DNA of 64,000 bases. Origin: Lama guanicoe. Taxonomy: Eukaryota. A program made the translations under genes and the position numbers. Location: the NCBI GenBank assembly GCA_013239625.1, contig MU054400.1, positions 1,833,345 through 1,897,344 on the forward strand, in the 5' to 3' direction. The notes below the pieces were generated by a model. The model ran no database searches and was not told where the DNA came from. It was given only the letters and a program-made list of their open reading frames with translations. This document shows positions 41,515 through 53,393 of the stretch, one piece after another (the first letter of the stretch is position 1; each line of letters opens with the position of its first letter).

Positions 41515-41765
41515 AGGGAGTGGGAGGGGATAAATTTGGGAGTTTGAGATTTACAAATGTTAGCCACTATATATATAAATAGATTTTTTTAAGTTTATTT
41601 TTTATAGCATAGGGAACTAAGTTTAATATCTTGAAATAACCTTTAATGGAAAAGAATGTGAAAATGAATATATGTATGCACATGGATGACTGGGACATTG
41701 TGCTGTACACCAGAGATTGACATATTGTAATGGACTGTACTTCAGTTAAAAAAAAAATAAAAACA
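41515..41765 (+). mobile_element. Lineage (camelid-type) L1 3' terminus
   Basis: Contains 'gggagggataaatttgggagtttgagatttac...gactgggacattgtgctgtacaccagagattgacatattgtaa...cttcagttaaaaaaaaa'. Confidence 0.85.
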
Positions 41766-42164
41766 TAGCCATACTGCCGCTTCTGCCTTTGCTTAATTTC
41801 CCCCAGTGTGTTCATTTAGATCATCAGAAGTCCAAGGGCATAATCCTTATCATTGTAGCTTCCCACAGAAGTGCCTTCCCTAATCTCAACTGGGTGATAG
41901 ATAATTCTGTAACTCTTATAGAGTGCCAGCAGAAGAAATAACTGTCTGACATTTCTCTAGCTCCTGCCAAGGCATAGCCACACATTGCCCATCATGCTAC
42001 CCAATGCTTGTTATAAGCTTTGATACAAACAATTCTTCCTGAAAGGATAGAATTGTAGTCCTAGCAGGGATCAGCCAGGAAGACTATGAAAAGCATTGGG
42101 ATTCCCTTCTTGCTCTGGCTTCCAGAAAGCTTGGAGGTAAAGTTTGTGCTTAATAACTATACAT

Positions 42165-42167
<3 letters not shown>

Positions 42168-42213
<46 letters not shown>
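42168..42213. repeat. (AC)23 perfect microsatellite
   Basis: Uninterrupted AC run read directly from the sequence. Confidence 0.95.
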
Positions 42214-42214
<1 letters not shown>

Positions 42215-42216
<2 letters not shown>

Positions 42217-42855
42217 TTTGAAAGGCAAATCTGTAGAGAAAATGCAGACGAGCAGTTTCCTGGGGCTGCGAGTGGGAAAGGGGAGTAACAACAAATGAGC
42301 ACAAGGGGCTTTTCCTCAATTGTGAAAATATTCTAAAATTTGACTGTGGACAACTCTGTAAATTTACTTTAAAAAATCACTGGTACTGAGTAGATGTAAT
42401 GGTATGTAAATTACACCTCAATAAAGCTGGGTTTTTTTTTTTTAAATCAATCTGAGATGGGTCATAGACGTAAATGTAAAAAGTAAAACAACAAAGCTGC
42501 TGGAAGAAAATATAATCGTCATGGTCCTGGGGTAGGCAGAGATTTCTTAAACAGAACACTAAAAAAGCACTAACCGTATGATAAAAACAAAAACGGACTT
42601 CATTAGAATTAAGAATATCTGTTGGACAGAGGACATGATTAAAACAGCAAAGAGGCAAATCACAGGCTGGGAGAGATATTTGCAATACCTATATCTGACA
42701 AAAAAAGACTGATGTCTAGAATATATTTTTAAGGCGCTCCCACTAATAAACAAAAAGGCTTACAGCCCAATTTAAGATGGGCAAGAGACTCGTACAGGTA
42801 GTTCACAAAAGATAGACAGATATCTAATAGTCGAACACACAGAAAAGGTGCACAG
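42215..42855 (+). mobile_element. Old L1 fragments (3' end ~42215-42430; ORF2 piece ~42445-42855)
   Basis: Motifs 'tgtaaattacacctcaataaagctg', 'ggggtaggcagagatttcttaaacag' and 'atttgcaatacctatatctgacaaa'. Confidence 0.8.
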
Positions 42856-44434
42856 ATGTCACGGCTACCTCAGTTCCTAGTTCTGTATTCCTGTGCCTTT
42901 CGAATCGCTCAGTGTTTATCTCCTTGTTAACGTTCTGATATTCATGGCTACCAGATCTCAACAGGAAGCAGATGGCACTCAATCTAGAATACCCAGACCT
43001 CACTTTCATTTATGTGACCTCCTGGCTGGGGCCGCCATTGGTCAAACCCAGCTGGAAACCAAAGGACAAAGCAGCGCTTGTATCGATCGTCACTGACCAG
43101 GTCAGCTCCTGGGGCAGAGAGAGGCTCTGGAGGGCAAATGGAAGGGACCCGGCGCTCCACTGTAAGCTGCCTGGAATCTCTTTTTAAATATGCGGGGAAT
43201 AAATCGTGAACAAAGACCACAACCAGTAAAACTATGCTGCTGGGAGACAGAAAGGGAATTCGCTGTAGACGTTACATAAGCTTTTCATACGCAATTCATG
43301 AAGGAGAAGGAAGAGGGGAAAGAGGTAGCAGTTCATTATTATATGCTCAACCCAGATAATGCCTGCCTAATTTATTTTCTATCGACTGGACAGAGAGCTG
43401 ACTCCTCTACAAAAGTGAAACAGACATATATCCTCAGGAACACACAATACGCCATCTCGGAGCGGGTTGCTCTTCCTTCAACTTACTTCGGAGCCAAAAT
43501 CTGGACACTTGAGGAAGCTTATTATCCCACAGAGATATAAAGTAAGTCTCGTCTTCAACGGTGCTTAGTTTGAACAGCCTGTAAGAGACCTTCCAGCCTC
43601 TCCACTGACCATCCCCCCATCAGAACACACTTTCTCAGCCGCCCCACCCTGCTCGGGAGCCCACTCTCCTCTCTCCACCACCCACCCTAACTTAGCTCTC
43701 ACCACAGTTTCCATTAGTGCAGGATCCATGATGTCGGCTCCAGTGATTTTCTTAAAAGGCTTTAAAAGTGTCCATCAAGACGCATGTTGACACATCCTTC
43801 TGCTTCACAAGCCTCAGTCTACAAGGTGACCTGGGACACAGTTACTTTCCACTCGAAACTCCTCTGAACTAAGGCACAAAGCAAAACCAAGCTGTTCTGC
43901 GCAGGAGACTTCTCTGAATTGTCTGCTATCTCCTCCACTAGAATAAAGTTTCTTGTGAGCCGGAACCATGCCTGTCTTGTTCAGGCTGTAACCTCAGAGC
44001 TTCACGCAGTACTTGGCACCTGGTAGGCTAAATGTATGCTAACTAAACAAGTAACTGGACTGACAGCCTTTCTTTAACTTCTCCATGGGCAGCACCTGGC
44101 TTTAAGTTTGCCACCCATGATAACTCAGCTACCTTTGTAATAAACAAGTCCACCTGTGAGAAGTTAAAGGCACTCCCTAAAACATCTCTCTCTGAAAAGC
44201 TGACAGGCTAGTTGCAGAAGGAGAGTTCGTTATGTTGTTTCACATCACAAATTATACGCTGTCCCTTGCTAGAGACAACAATGCCATGCTAAGCCAGTCA
44301 GCTCAATGGCGAGCCCACAGGCAGCCACCCGACCCCGCCACTCCATCTAGTCCACAGCATCTTCCCGACCACATTCACCAAACACCACCCTTCCTCCTCC
44401 ACCTCGGATCTCTCAAGGAAAAAGATGCCCCACG

Positions 44435-45130
44435 GTAGAGATTCTCAAACTTTACACGCATTGGATTCCCCCAGAGGGCTTGTTAAAACACAGACCGCAG
44501 GGTGCCGCGCCCGAGTTTCTGGAGTAGTAGGTGTCCGAAAATTTTCATTTCCAAGAAGTTCCCAGGCGTATTTGTTTCCCATCGCTGCTATTACAAGAAA
44601 TTCTAAAAATTCAGTGGCTTAAAACAACACAAGTTGAAACTATTACCTTTTAGTTCTGGAATTCAAAACTTTAAGTCCAATACGGGTCTCACTGGACTGA
44701 ATTCAAGGTATCCACAGGGCTGTATTCCTTTCTGGAGGCTCTAGCGGAGAACCCATCTTGCTTCTCCCAGTTTCCAGAGGCCACTTGCGCTCCTAGGCTC
44801 ACGGACGCTACCCTCCAGCTCCAAAGTCAGCAATGACTCAGCAAGTATTCCTCCCGCCGCTCTGACCCCGCCTCCTGCCTCCATATTTAAAGACTCTGTG
44901 ATTACATTGGCCCCACCTGGAAACTCCAGCATGCGCGCCCTCTCTTGAGGTCAGCTGCTAAACAACCTTAATGACGCGTGCTACCTTACTTCTCCATTGC
45001 TTGTAATTTAACATACTCGCAGGTTCCAGGGATTAAGATGCGCACCTCTCTGAGAGGTCACCATCCTGCCTCCCATGCTGGACAATGCTGAGGCTGCTGG
45101 TCTGCGGCCACACTTTGAGAACGCTGGTGT
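44435..45130. mobile_element. MER5A-like element interrupted by an MLT1C/D-like LTR (~44567-45075, minus)
   Basis: MER5A 5' part 'ttctcaaactt...gggcttgttaaaacacaga...aagttcccagg' resumes as 'atgctgaggctgctggtctgcggccacactttgagaac'. The insert has the MLT1 motifs 'agtggcttaaaacaacacaa...ttctggaggctctag...caggttccagggattaaga'. Confidence 0.8.
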
Positions 45131-45798
45131 AGTGGGATGCTGGCTAGTGATGGAAGTGCAGGGCCACTGGCTCCAGGAAGAACAGGGAAGGAAGAGCGAG
45201 CAAAGCAAATAAATAGGGAGGTGTGAGCTGCAGGGGGAACCCAAGACAAGAGATGGGGCCAGGGACCTGAGAAAAGCCAGTTCAGTCATTAGAGTGAGTC
45301 TCCCAGGTCGCATGCAAGGAAAGAGGGAGGAGCACAGCCAGAGGGGTGGCGATTAAGCAACTCTTCCCAGGTGAGGATGAAATAGCTCCTGCCAGAATGA
45401 TCCCTTCCACCAGAGCTGCTCTCTTAAGAGAATGCACTGAATATTGACCAAAAACACCAAAGTCTAAAGATAGAAATACTTTCTATGAGATGCATTAGTC
45501 ATATAATTTGGAGGTACAATCAGAGTTCTGATGGTGGCAAGACACATAAGCCAGTGTTCATTTTTATTCTGAATTGGAGTTTTCCATTCCTAGAGAGCTT
45601 GGCTACTGAAGTATGGGTTGGTTTTAAATAAAATCTACAGCTGAATTTGTTTTTGCTTTATTTTTTTTTTAATTTGGCAAGAGAGAAGCCTTCAGAGAAA
45701 ATATGTGTTTTTAGGAGTAGTTTTATCAGGCATTGTGATGGGTCCCCAGTCTCCCATGCAAGAGAAGTCATCCCAGATTCATAATCGTGAGGGGCTGG

Positions 45799-45820
45799 TG
45801 TGTGTGTGTGTGTGTGTGTG
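45799..45820. repeat. (TG)n microsatellite; a (TAT)n run lies nearby at ~45961-45979
   Basis: Read directly from the sequence. Confidence 0.9.
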
Positions 45821-48547
45821 AGCTCATGCCTGCATGCGTGCAGGGATGGTGGAGATGGTGGTGGGCAAGACAGGAAAGCTCTGGGAGGCGCAGTTCATAT
45901 TCTGCGTTCACCTTATTCCAAGAAACACATCAGCCAATTGAGAGAGTTAAGAATTTGTACTATTATTATTATTATTATTGTAAAACACATACTCATCCTT
46001 TACACCAGTTCTTGGAGGCATTTCTTTTTCATGGACAAGAGAAAGTGAGCTGAACCAAGCCATAAAACCACCTAAGGTTAGCCCAGGGACTAGAAACTCT
46101 GCATATTTCCTACATATAAAGATTCATCTGTGGCTTAAAATAGAATGTCATAGCCTTCTCCTATTTCTTCTGATAAAACAGATCGCATTTGCTGGGAGCG
46201 CAGTGTCTTAATGGCTCCGTTCCCCACAGGTCCAGCCAGCACTTAGCTTCCTGTAAGATTGTGTGCTCTGTTATCCTGCGAAGTCCACTGCAGGAACTGG
46301 AATCCCAGCAGATAGGTGAGAACGTCTTGTGGATGACATTGTGGTGACAGAAAGATAGTGGAAAAGCTAGTGATGAAAAGAATAATCCACCACATCATCC
46401 TGAACTCCTTCCAAAGGCTGAACAGCAGAATGCGGACCAGTTGGTGTCACAGATGTGGGTGTTGGAGCATTTACATTTTAAGGAATCAGACACTATAAGC
46501 AAATGGTTATACTTCTGCCTCCTGCCGTCTCCAAATTAACAAATGCACATATTCTACAATCATTCCCAGAGCAGCTCAAGGGGAGGCTGTCCCAGGAATT
46601 GGGTTTCGTGAGCGGCCCACTCCTCTGCTTACAGTGACAGTAAATCTAAAAATGCTTTTTGACCTAGAAAGACACAGCCCTCAGCAGCCCTGAAATACAA
46701 GGAATAATGGAAACCGTGATCATCGGTGCAGGGTCTGCTCTACGCTCGGCGCTCTGTGTACATTCTTGCACTGAATCCTCATCATAGTCCTGCAAAGCAG
46801 GTATCACTATCCCTATATTTTTAATAGGAGAAAACTGAGGTTCAAAAATAAATAAATAAATCACTTGCTTAAGATCACACAGCCAGGGAGCAGCAGAGCA
46901 GAGCTCCAAGCTCAGGTCATTTGGCTCCAGAATCCGTACAAACCACACAAAGAGCTACACTTCACATAAGACGTGATCTCCCCTCATCAATGAGATAGTG
47001 GCTGAGCATTGTTCTTCCTTATCACAGTGATGACTTTCCTCTGAACAGGCTAAGTATTCCTGCCCTCTCTTCCTTGAAGCCAGCAGTCACCAGTGGCAGA
47101 ATGGTGGGTAACAAAGTTCTCCCCCAGTAAAGCTAACCTCTTTGCGTATCATCATCTTCTAGCAAATGTTCCACAGGCCTCATCCTAAATCTGAGAAGTT
47201 GGAGGTCAAACGAATCACCAAGTCAGGAGAATTCAAAAGGACACAGATAGCACAAGGCAGTGTCGAGACGCTGATAAATGCTTTGGATTCTCTGCCCCAG
47301 CGCTGCACATACACACAAAACTGTGCTACAATTTTAGGGGTTCATGGACCCCCTGAAGCCCACGTACAGTCCTATAAGTCAGGAGACCCAGGTTTCTAAG
47401 CTGGCTCTTCAGCCACGAGCAGGGAAGTTCTGTGGAAGACCCTTCACTCCTCCATCCAATGAGATGATCACTTGAGCCCCTCCCCGCTCTCAGGGTCTAA
47501 TTGCGGGTACCTCCTAATGAGGCAATACTTAAGGACAAACATTAATATAAAAAGATGACAAGGTCCCCTATACCTGATGTCCACGGCGTAACCAAATGTA
47601 CATTTGTCAATACACATTTCAGTTTTAGGGAAAAGGGCTATTTGCTATCACACGACGCTTCATTTTAATTCATGCCTCTGATTTCCCACACCGCAACAGG
47701 ACTTTGGGGTCACCGGGGAGGAAGGGGAGACAGATGGCCCCAGAACTCCATTCGGTGAAATGTGAGGGTCATTCCAGCCACAACAGATGCTTGCATCATG
47801 GCCTGGCCACATATCCCCTGTGAACAGCTGGGAAGGGTTTTGTGTTGCCAAATTTGATAAAAAGAATTTATGTTTGAAATGATGATTAGAGATGATCCGC
47901 ATGGAGAAGGTAGGGAAAACAAGAGGAGTCTTAAAGTTACAGAACTTGCTTAAGTCATCACAATACAAGCGGTGATATCTGTGGATGCCCCGACTTGGGC
48001 CAGGCTCAGGCCAGGAGGACAGAGCAGGATTGCTTGAGCAGAGCTGTAGAAAGACTCCTTTAGGGGACCATAACTAAAATAATTTGAATGAGAGTTCCCT
48101 CCAGAGGAAGGGCAATACTAAAGGAGAAAGCAAGCCAATAAAAGCATCAATTTGTATTTTGTAAGCCAGACACATTGCAGAGGAAGCCAAGGAGAGAAAT
48201 ATTTCTGATCTTCAGGGATTTGTGAAATAATAGAAATAACACAATCGGAAAAGGGGAGTTTCTGGTGTCTTGGGTTGGTTAGAATAGCAGGTGTTTGGTT
48301 ATCAAGTTATTTTTTTCTGATCCAGTTCTGAGACCGACTGGCTAACCATTCTGAGCCTCCAGAGAAGAAAGTAAGGGTAGGAATGCCAGGGCTCCTGGAC
48401 TCATCCCAGGCACCGTGCATGGATGCATGGAGCACAGTGCTGGACAAAGACCCCGCTCAGCCACGCAAGGAGAACTGACACCCCCGGCAGTGATGCAGAG
48501 CCAGCAGCACCTTCGCGAGGAATCCTGTAAGTAGCTCCTGGTAGTCT

Positions 48548-48765
48548 CAGGCTGCACGGCCCAATTCGGTAGCCACATACCACGTGTGACTAGTTATATT
48601 TAAGTTATAATTAATTAAACTTAAATATAATTTAAACTTTAGCTCCTTGGTTGCACCAGCCCCATTTCAAGTTCTCAGACACACGTGGTTAGTCTCTGCC
48701 GTATTAGCCAGCACAAATATAGAACATCACCATCATCACAGAGAGTTCTGCGGGACGACGCTGGC
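48548..48765. mobile_element. MER3-like hAT-Charlie element (followed by MER5-like ~48770-48920)
   Basis: Contains 'ccaattcggtagccacataccacgtgtgact...ccatttcaagttctc...atatagaacatcaccatcatcacagagagttctg'. Confidence 0.8.
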
Positions 48766-49625
48766 CAAGAGCAAAGTCCCTTTAAACTTTAATTGTATCT
48801 GAATCACTTGAAGATCTCGTTCAAATGCAGCTTCTGACTGAGTAGTTCTGGGTAGGAGCCTGTGTCTGCATTTCTAACAAGCTCCCGGTGATGCTCATGG
48901 TCCAAGTCCATCAACTTGGAGGCTGGAGCAGACTCACAGCGACTCTGTTCAGTGCTGCCCTTGGGCTGAATGGTTAATATTTCTCCTGCTCGAACAGAAA
49001 CAGCACCTTCTATGTTCACGTTGCAGATCTACAAAATGATGAACATTCGACACTACAGAACTTGTTAAATCTTCTCCCTCGCCTACCTCTCCAATTGGCC
49101 CTTTCTGGTTTTAAAAAAAAAATTCCAAGATTCACAGAAAAAAAAAGTGCAGAGCACTGAATCTCTCTCTTTTGCTGCATTTCCACTGCCTGCAATGGAG
49201 ATTTCCTTAGCAGAAAGCCTGGCATTGATATAATTGAAGCAGCTCTGTTTTCAGAAGATAAGAGCAGTCCTTTCACATCCCGGACACAGTGGTAACTCAG
49301 CGAGGAGCAGTCGGCCATGTGCAGGGACTCAGAGCGGCTGTATTAGTAAAACACACAGAGTAACAAAGTAGAAGAAAGAAGCTCTCCCGGTTTAAAAACA
49401 GAACACTATGCTGTATGCCAGAAAGTAACACAACACTGTAAATCAACTATACTTCAACTGAAAAAAAAAAAGAAACAGACCATATGGCATCATAATAGAA
49501 AAGTGCCACAAGACAACACCGAACAGTATGTTTGTAGCACTGCCACTGTTTCCAAACTTTGAAAGCAAAGAGCAAGTCTTACCTATGGCGTACATAAAAC
49601 TTAACACTCCCACATTATCTCAATT

Positions 49626-49832
49626 TTTAAAAATTGTAGTACGGTCAGTTACAATGTGTCAGTTTCTGATGCACAGCACAATGTCCCAGTCATGTGTATA
49701 CATACATATATTCATTTTCATATTCTTTTTCATTAAAGGTTATTATAAGATACTGAACATAATTCGCTGTGCCATACAGAAGAAACTTCTTTTAAAATCT
49801 ATTTTTGTATATAGTGGCTCACATTTGTAAAT
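49626..49832 (-). mobile_element. Lineage L1 3' terminus with 16-bp TSD
   Basis: 'gtcagttacaatgtgtcagtttctgatgcacagcacaatgtcccagtcatg...'; TSD ccacatt(a/g)tctcaatt at 49610-49625 and 49833-49848. Confidence 0.88.
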
Positions 49833-52249
49833 CCACATTGTCTCAATTAATCAACATCACTGTCCACACAAAGTAGGACTTATTATTTCCATTTTTACAG
49901 GTAGGAATACTAACTCACAAAAGAATGAAAAAAATTTTAAATTAAACAAAAAAACCCTGCCTGGGCCTCACACAGGTCTCTCTGGCTTTCCCACTAATAC
50001 TTTTTCCCTGGTCCAACCAGCACTGAAAAGCAAGTTTATGAGTAGATGAGGGGAGGAAGATTACACACTTGAAGCAAAATGCAGCCCGGCAGCCTCGTCT
50101 CCTGTCCAGCTACTACTTACCCACCCACACATGGGATGCCTCCCCCATCCGCCCGCTAAAAGAGTCACACCATCATTAAGAGATTTAAGAGAACAGAGAC
50201 CACCGTGTTCGCTATTCGACCTTGATGCATTTGACAGAATGTACAGGAATTACAGGTTGAAACAGACGTGTATTCGCGTTTACAGCATAACTGTCCCGAG
50301 CAAACACAAGAGTGAGCAGGTGGCGGGGTCCCCAACATGTTCTCACAACCAAGCCACTTAGCTGAAAAGCATGAGTCTGGGGGCGGGGCCTCAGGAACGG
50401 GGCAGTCATGTTATCCATCCTCCACCCCGGGACACCTGTGACAGGGGAAGGGGGCCCCCGGGGGCAACAGGAGGAAGCGTGGGTCATCCTGAGCCCCCTG
50501 TCCAGAAGCCATGAGGGGAGATTTGGACTTTTCCTGAAAGGAAAGGGAGCCACCCTTTGGGTTATGTGGCATAACCCAAATTTCCATTTCAGAAAACTCA
50601 TTCCAGCACCTATGTGGAGAACAGGGTAGGAAGAGGCTATTAAACTTCAGAAACTTACTCCGTAAGAGATGCGCACATGTGTGTTCACAACCATGAAAAA
50701 AACATCCAAAGAAAATCCAGAATCCAGGGCTAATTTTAAACCCACTCATCTGGACCTAAATTAGGCACCCAAAGTTGAGGTCTTCCAAGGCCAAAGCTCA
50801 CTGCCCACTCCTCTGCACCTCCCTTGGCAAGGTCTGCTGCTTTGTAGAGAGTGGAGCCAACCCTTCAGGCCACAGGGCACCATCTGGAAAAGCCATGACT
50901 CACTGGCCTCAACAGGGAAACAGCCACAAATGGCAAAATGCAGCCAGACTAATATCTGTCTGGGTTGTTGGAATCATGTGTTTGTGCAACAAATGCTTGC
51001 AGTGTTTCCTATATGCCGGGCACTGCAAAGGCAAAAAAAGGAGGCACCATTCCTGCCCTCAGATACTTGCTAACAGACAAGGCAGTTGTTATAATGCAAT
51101 GTGAGAGGCGCGGCAGAGGTTGGCCCAGGTGCTCAGAGCACAAAGGAGGGGCACTTACAACTCAGGGAGGATCAAGTCATGCCCACGCTGAGTCTTAAAG
51201 TCTTATGACTCCAAGTGTGGTCCCCAGGCGGGCAGCATCCTGCCGCACCCCAGAAGCCTGCTGGGAAAGCTGGATCTCAGGCCTCACCCCAACTCAATCA
51301 GAATCTGTGTCTTAACAAGATCCTCTGGTTATCTAGTCTGAGAAACACTGTCTTAAAGGATAAGGATGAGTTGTCCAGAAGAAGAAAAGGGGGAGGCGAG
51401 ATCTAAGGAAAGCGCAGCAGCAAAATGACTGGTGGGAGAGAGGTGGTCCTACATGCCGGAGACCAACAGCTCCGAGGCACAGAAAAGTAATAGGCAAGAG
51501 GCGGTGACAGAAAGTGCTTCTGAAAAGGGACACAACCCAGCTAGGTCTCTCATAGGAGCCCTCACATTCCTTAGAAAGACTGCCCTGGCGGCAGTGGGGA
51601 AGGAGAGGTCTGGGGGCCATGGAGAAAATCACAAGAACTGTCACTGTACCTGGCCGTGGGGACACCAAGGAGGTCCGGTGGCCCAGGGCCAGCAGGGAGC
51701 TGGCAGGAGCCACGAATCATCTGGCAGAGGCTCGAGCACTTGCAGAGGGGAGCTTAGCTGGTTACATGAAAACTTCTTTCTAGAGCCTCTTCGAGTGTTC
51801 CCCGAATTATATTGCTTCCCAGCTAGATTTATGCCAAAGAAGTAACAAGAAAAGCACTCAAAGGACCTTCTGATGTTGGAGCTCAGTTTCAGGAATGGGG
51901 CTGGAGCAGGATTTCCTTAAGTCACCTAGAAACAGCAATTACCTGGGACATTTGTTCAAAATTCGGATTCCCAGGTCCTGCAGTCACATCCTGTGGAAAA
52001 GGTATCACACTTAACATGCTCACCAAATGTCTTTCATGGCAGGCTTGTTTTTTTCCCTCATATTTGATTCATCTAGTACGCATCATTCAGCCCTGTTATA
52101 CAGAGGCAATTAGCCTGATTTTCCTGCCAGATGAAAGTATCGGTTAACGTTACTAAGAACTGACACTTGAACTTTGACACGTAATAGACAGACAGACAGA
52201 CAGGTAGAATGACAGATGCCTAACTCAGTGCCTTTATCTTTTAAAAAGA

Positions 52250-52700
52250 TGAGTCTAGAAAAAAAATGGGCACAAAGCATGAATAGTATTTCACAGAAGA
52301 GAAAACTCGTACGACTGGCAAGCGTGAAAAGATGCCCAGCTGAGCTGCAACCGGGGAAATACTAATTTAAAGTCAAGGTACCATTTCATACCCATGAGAG
52401 TGATAAACATTTTCAAGTTTGACTTTTTTTAGGGTTGGCGGAATTTAGAGAAACTGGAACTCTCAGAGACTGTTGGTAGGCGTGTAAGTGAGCACAACTA
52501 CTTTAGAAAACGATTTGACAACACCTAGCAGAGGGGAAGGTGGGCAGGAAAGTACTTTCCTTCGCAGGGAGAAAGCCTCCGGAGAGTCTAGCACATGCGG
52601 ACCAGGAGATGCGCGCGCAGGAATGTTCAGCGCGCATTGTAACCGAATAAAACTGGAAACAATTCAAACACCCATCAATAAGAGAATGGAAAAATTAGTT
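52250..52700 (+). mobile_element. Ancient L1ME-like fragment
   Basis: Motifs 'aaatgggcacaaagcatgaatagtatttcacagaagagaaa' and 'aactggaaacaattcaaacacccatcaataagagaatgga'. Confidence 0.75.
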
Positions 52701-53101
52701 CTTCTCTACATCTATACCTACGCACACACATACAAACCACACACATATATGATACATTTATTATTCTCTAGGTTTGTCTGATATCTTTTATGGATAAAAA
52801 CATTTAACCCTCAGTTCATTTCCTGATTTATTATTATTATTTCCACCATTTATTAAGGCATGCGCTAGGTGTTTTCATATGTTTCCAATTATCGCAAAAA
52901 TGTTAGAAGGCATAATCATGACCTTACAGTTGGAGAATAAAAAGTGATTCCTTTAGCCTAAGATCACCCCCCTGGGAAATACTATGGTCGGATTGGTACC
53001 AAATAACTCCAGAGCCCAAGTTCTTTCTTAGCATTTAATGGGCAGCTTTTTCCAAAAACTCTCAATCACAACAGTGCATGTTACACCCATTATTTTGATA
53101 A

Positions 53102-53393
53102 TGACGTCAGCACAGTAACAAATTAATTCCTCAAACACTGCTCTTGTGTAGTCCTATTCTTCACGGAGGCTAAAAACAAACAAAACAAAAATCTCACGTG
53201 ACAGCAGCTAATTATAGCATAGTCCCCTTGGGAAAAAAATGAAAGCTCATTAAAGTCATCTCTACTTAATCAAGGCTGGCTTAATTTATGTCGAAGAATC
53301 CATAGTTCATGAGATTTAACATGAATGATCCACAGAAAATGTTTAGATGAAAAGAAAATTAAACGGCTGATACTGTTCCTCGGAGTCACGTGA
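53102..53393. promoter_or_regulatory. Candidate intronic enhancer: palindromic CRE plus two extended E-boxes
   Basis: TGACGTCA at 53102-53109, TCACGTGAC at 53194-53202 and GTCACGTGA at 53385-53393, in apparently non-repetitive sequence. Motif evidence only. Confidence 0.3.
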
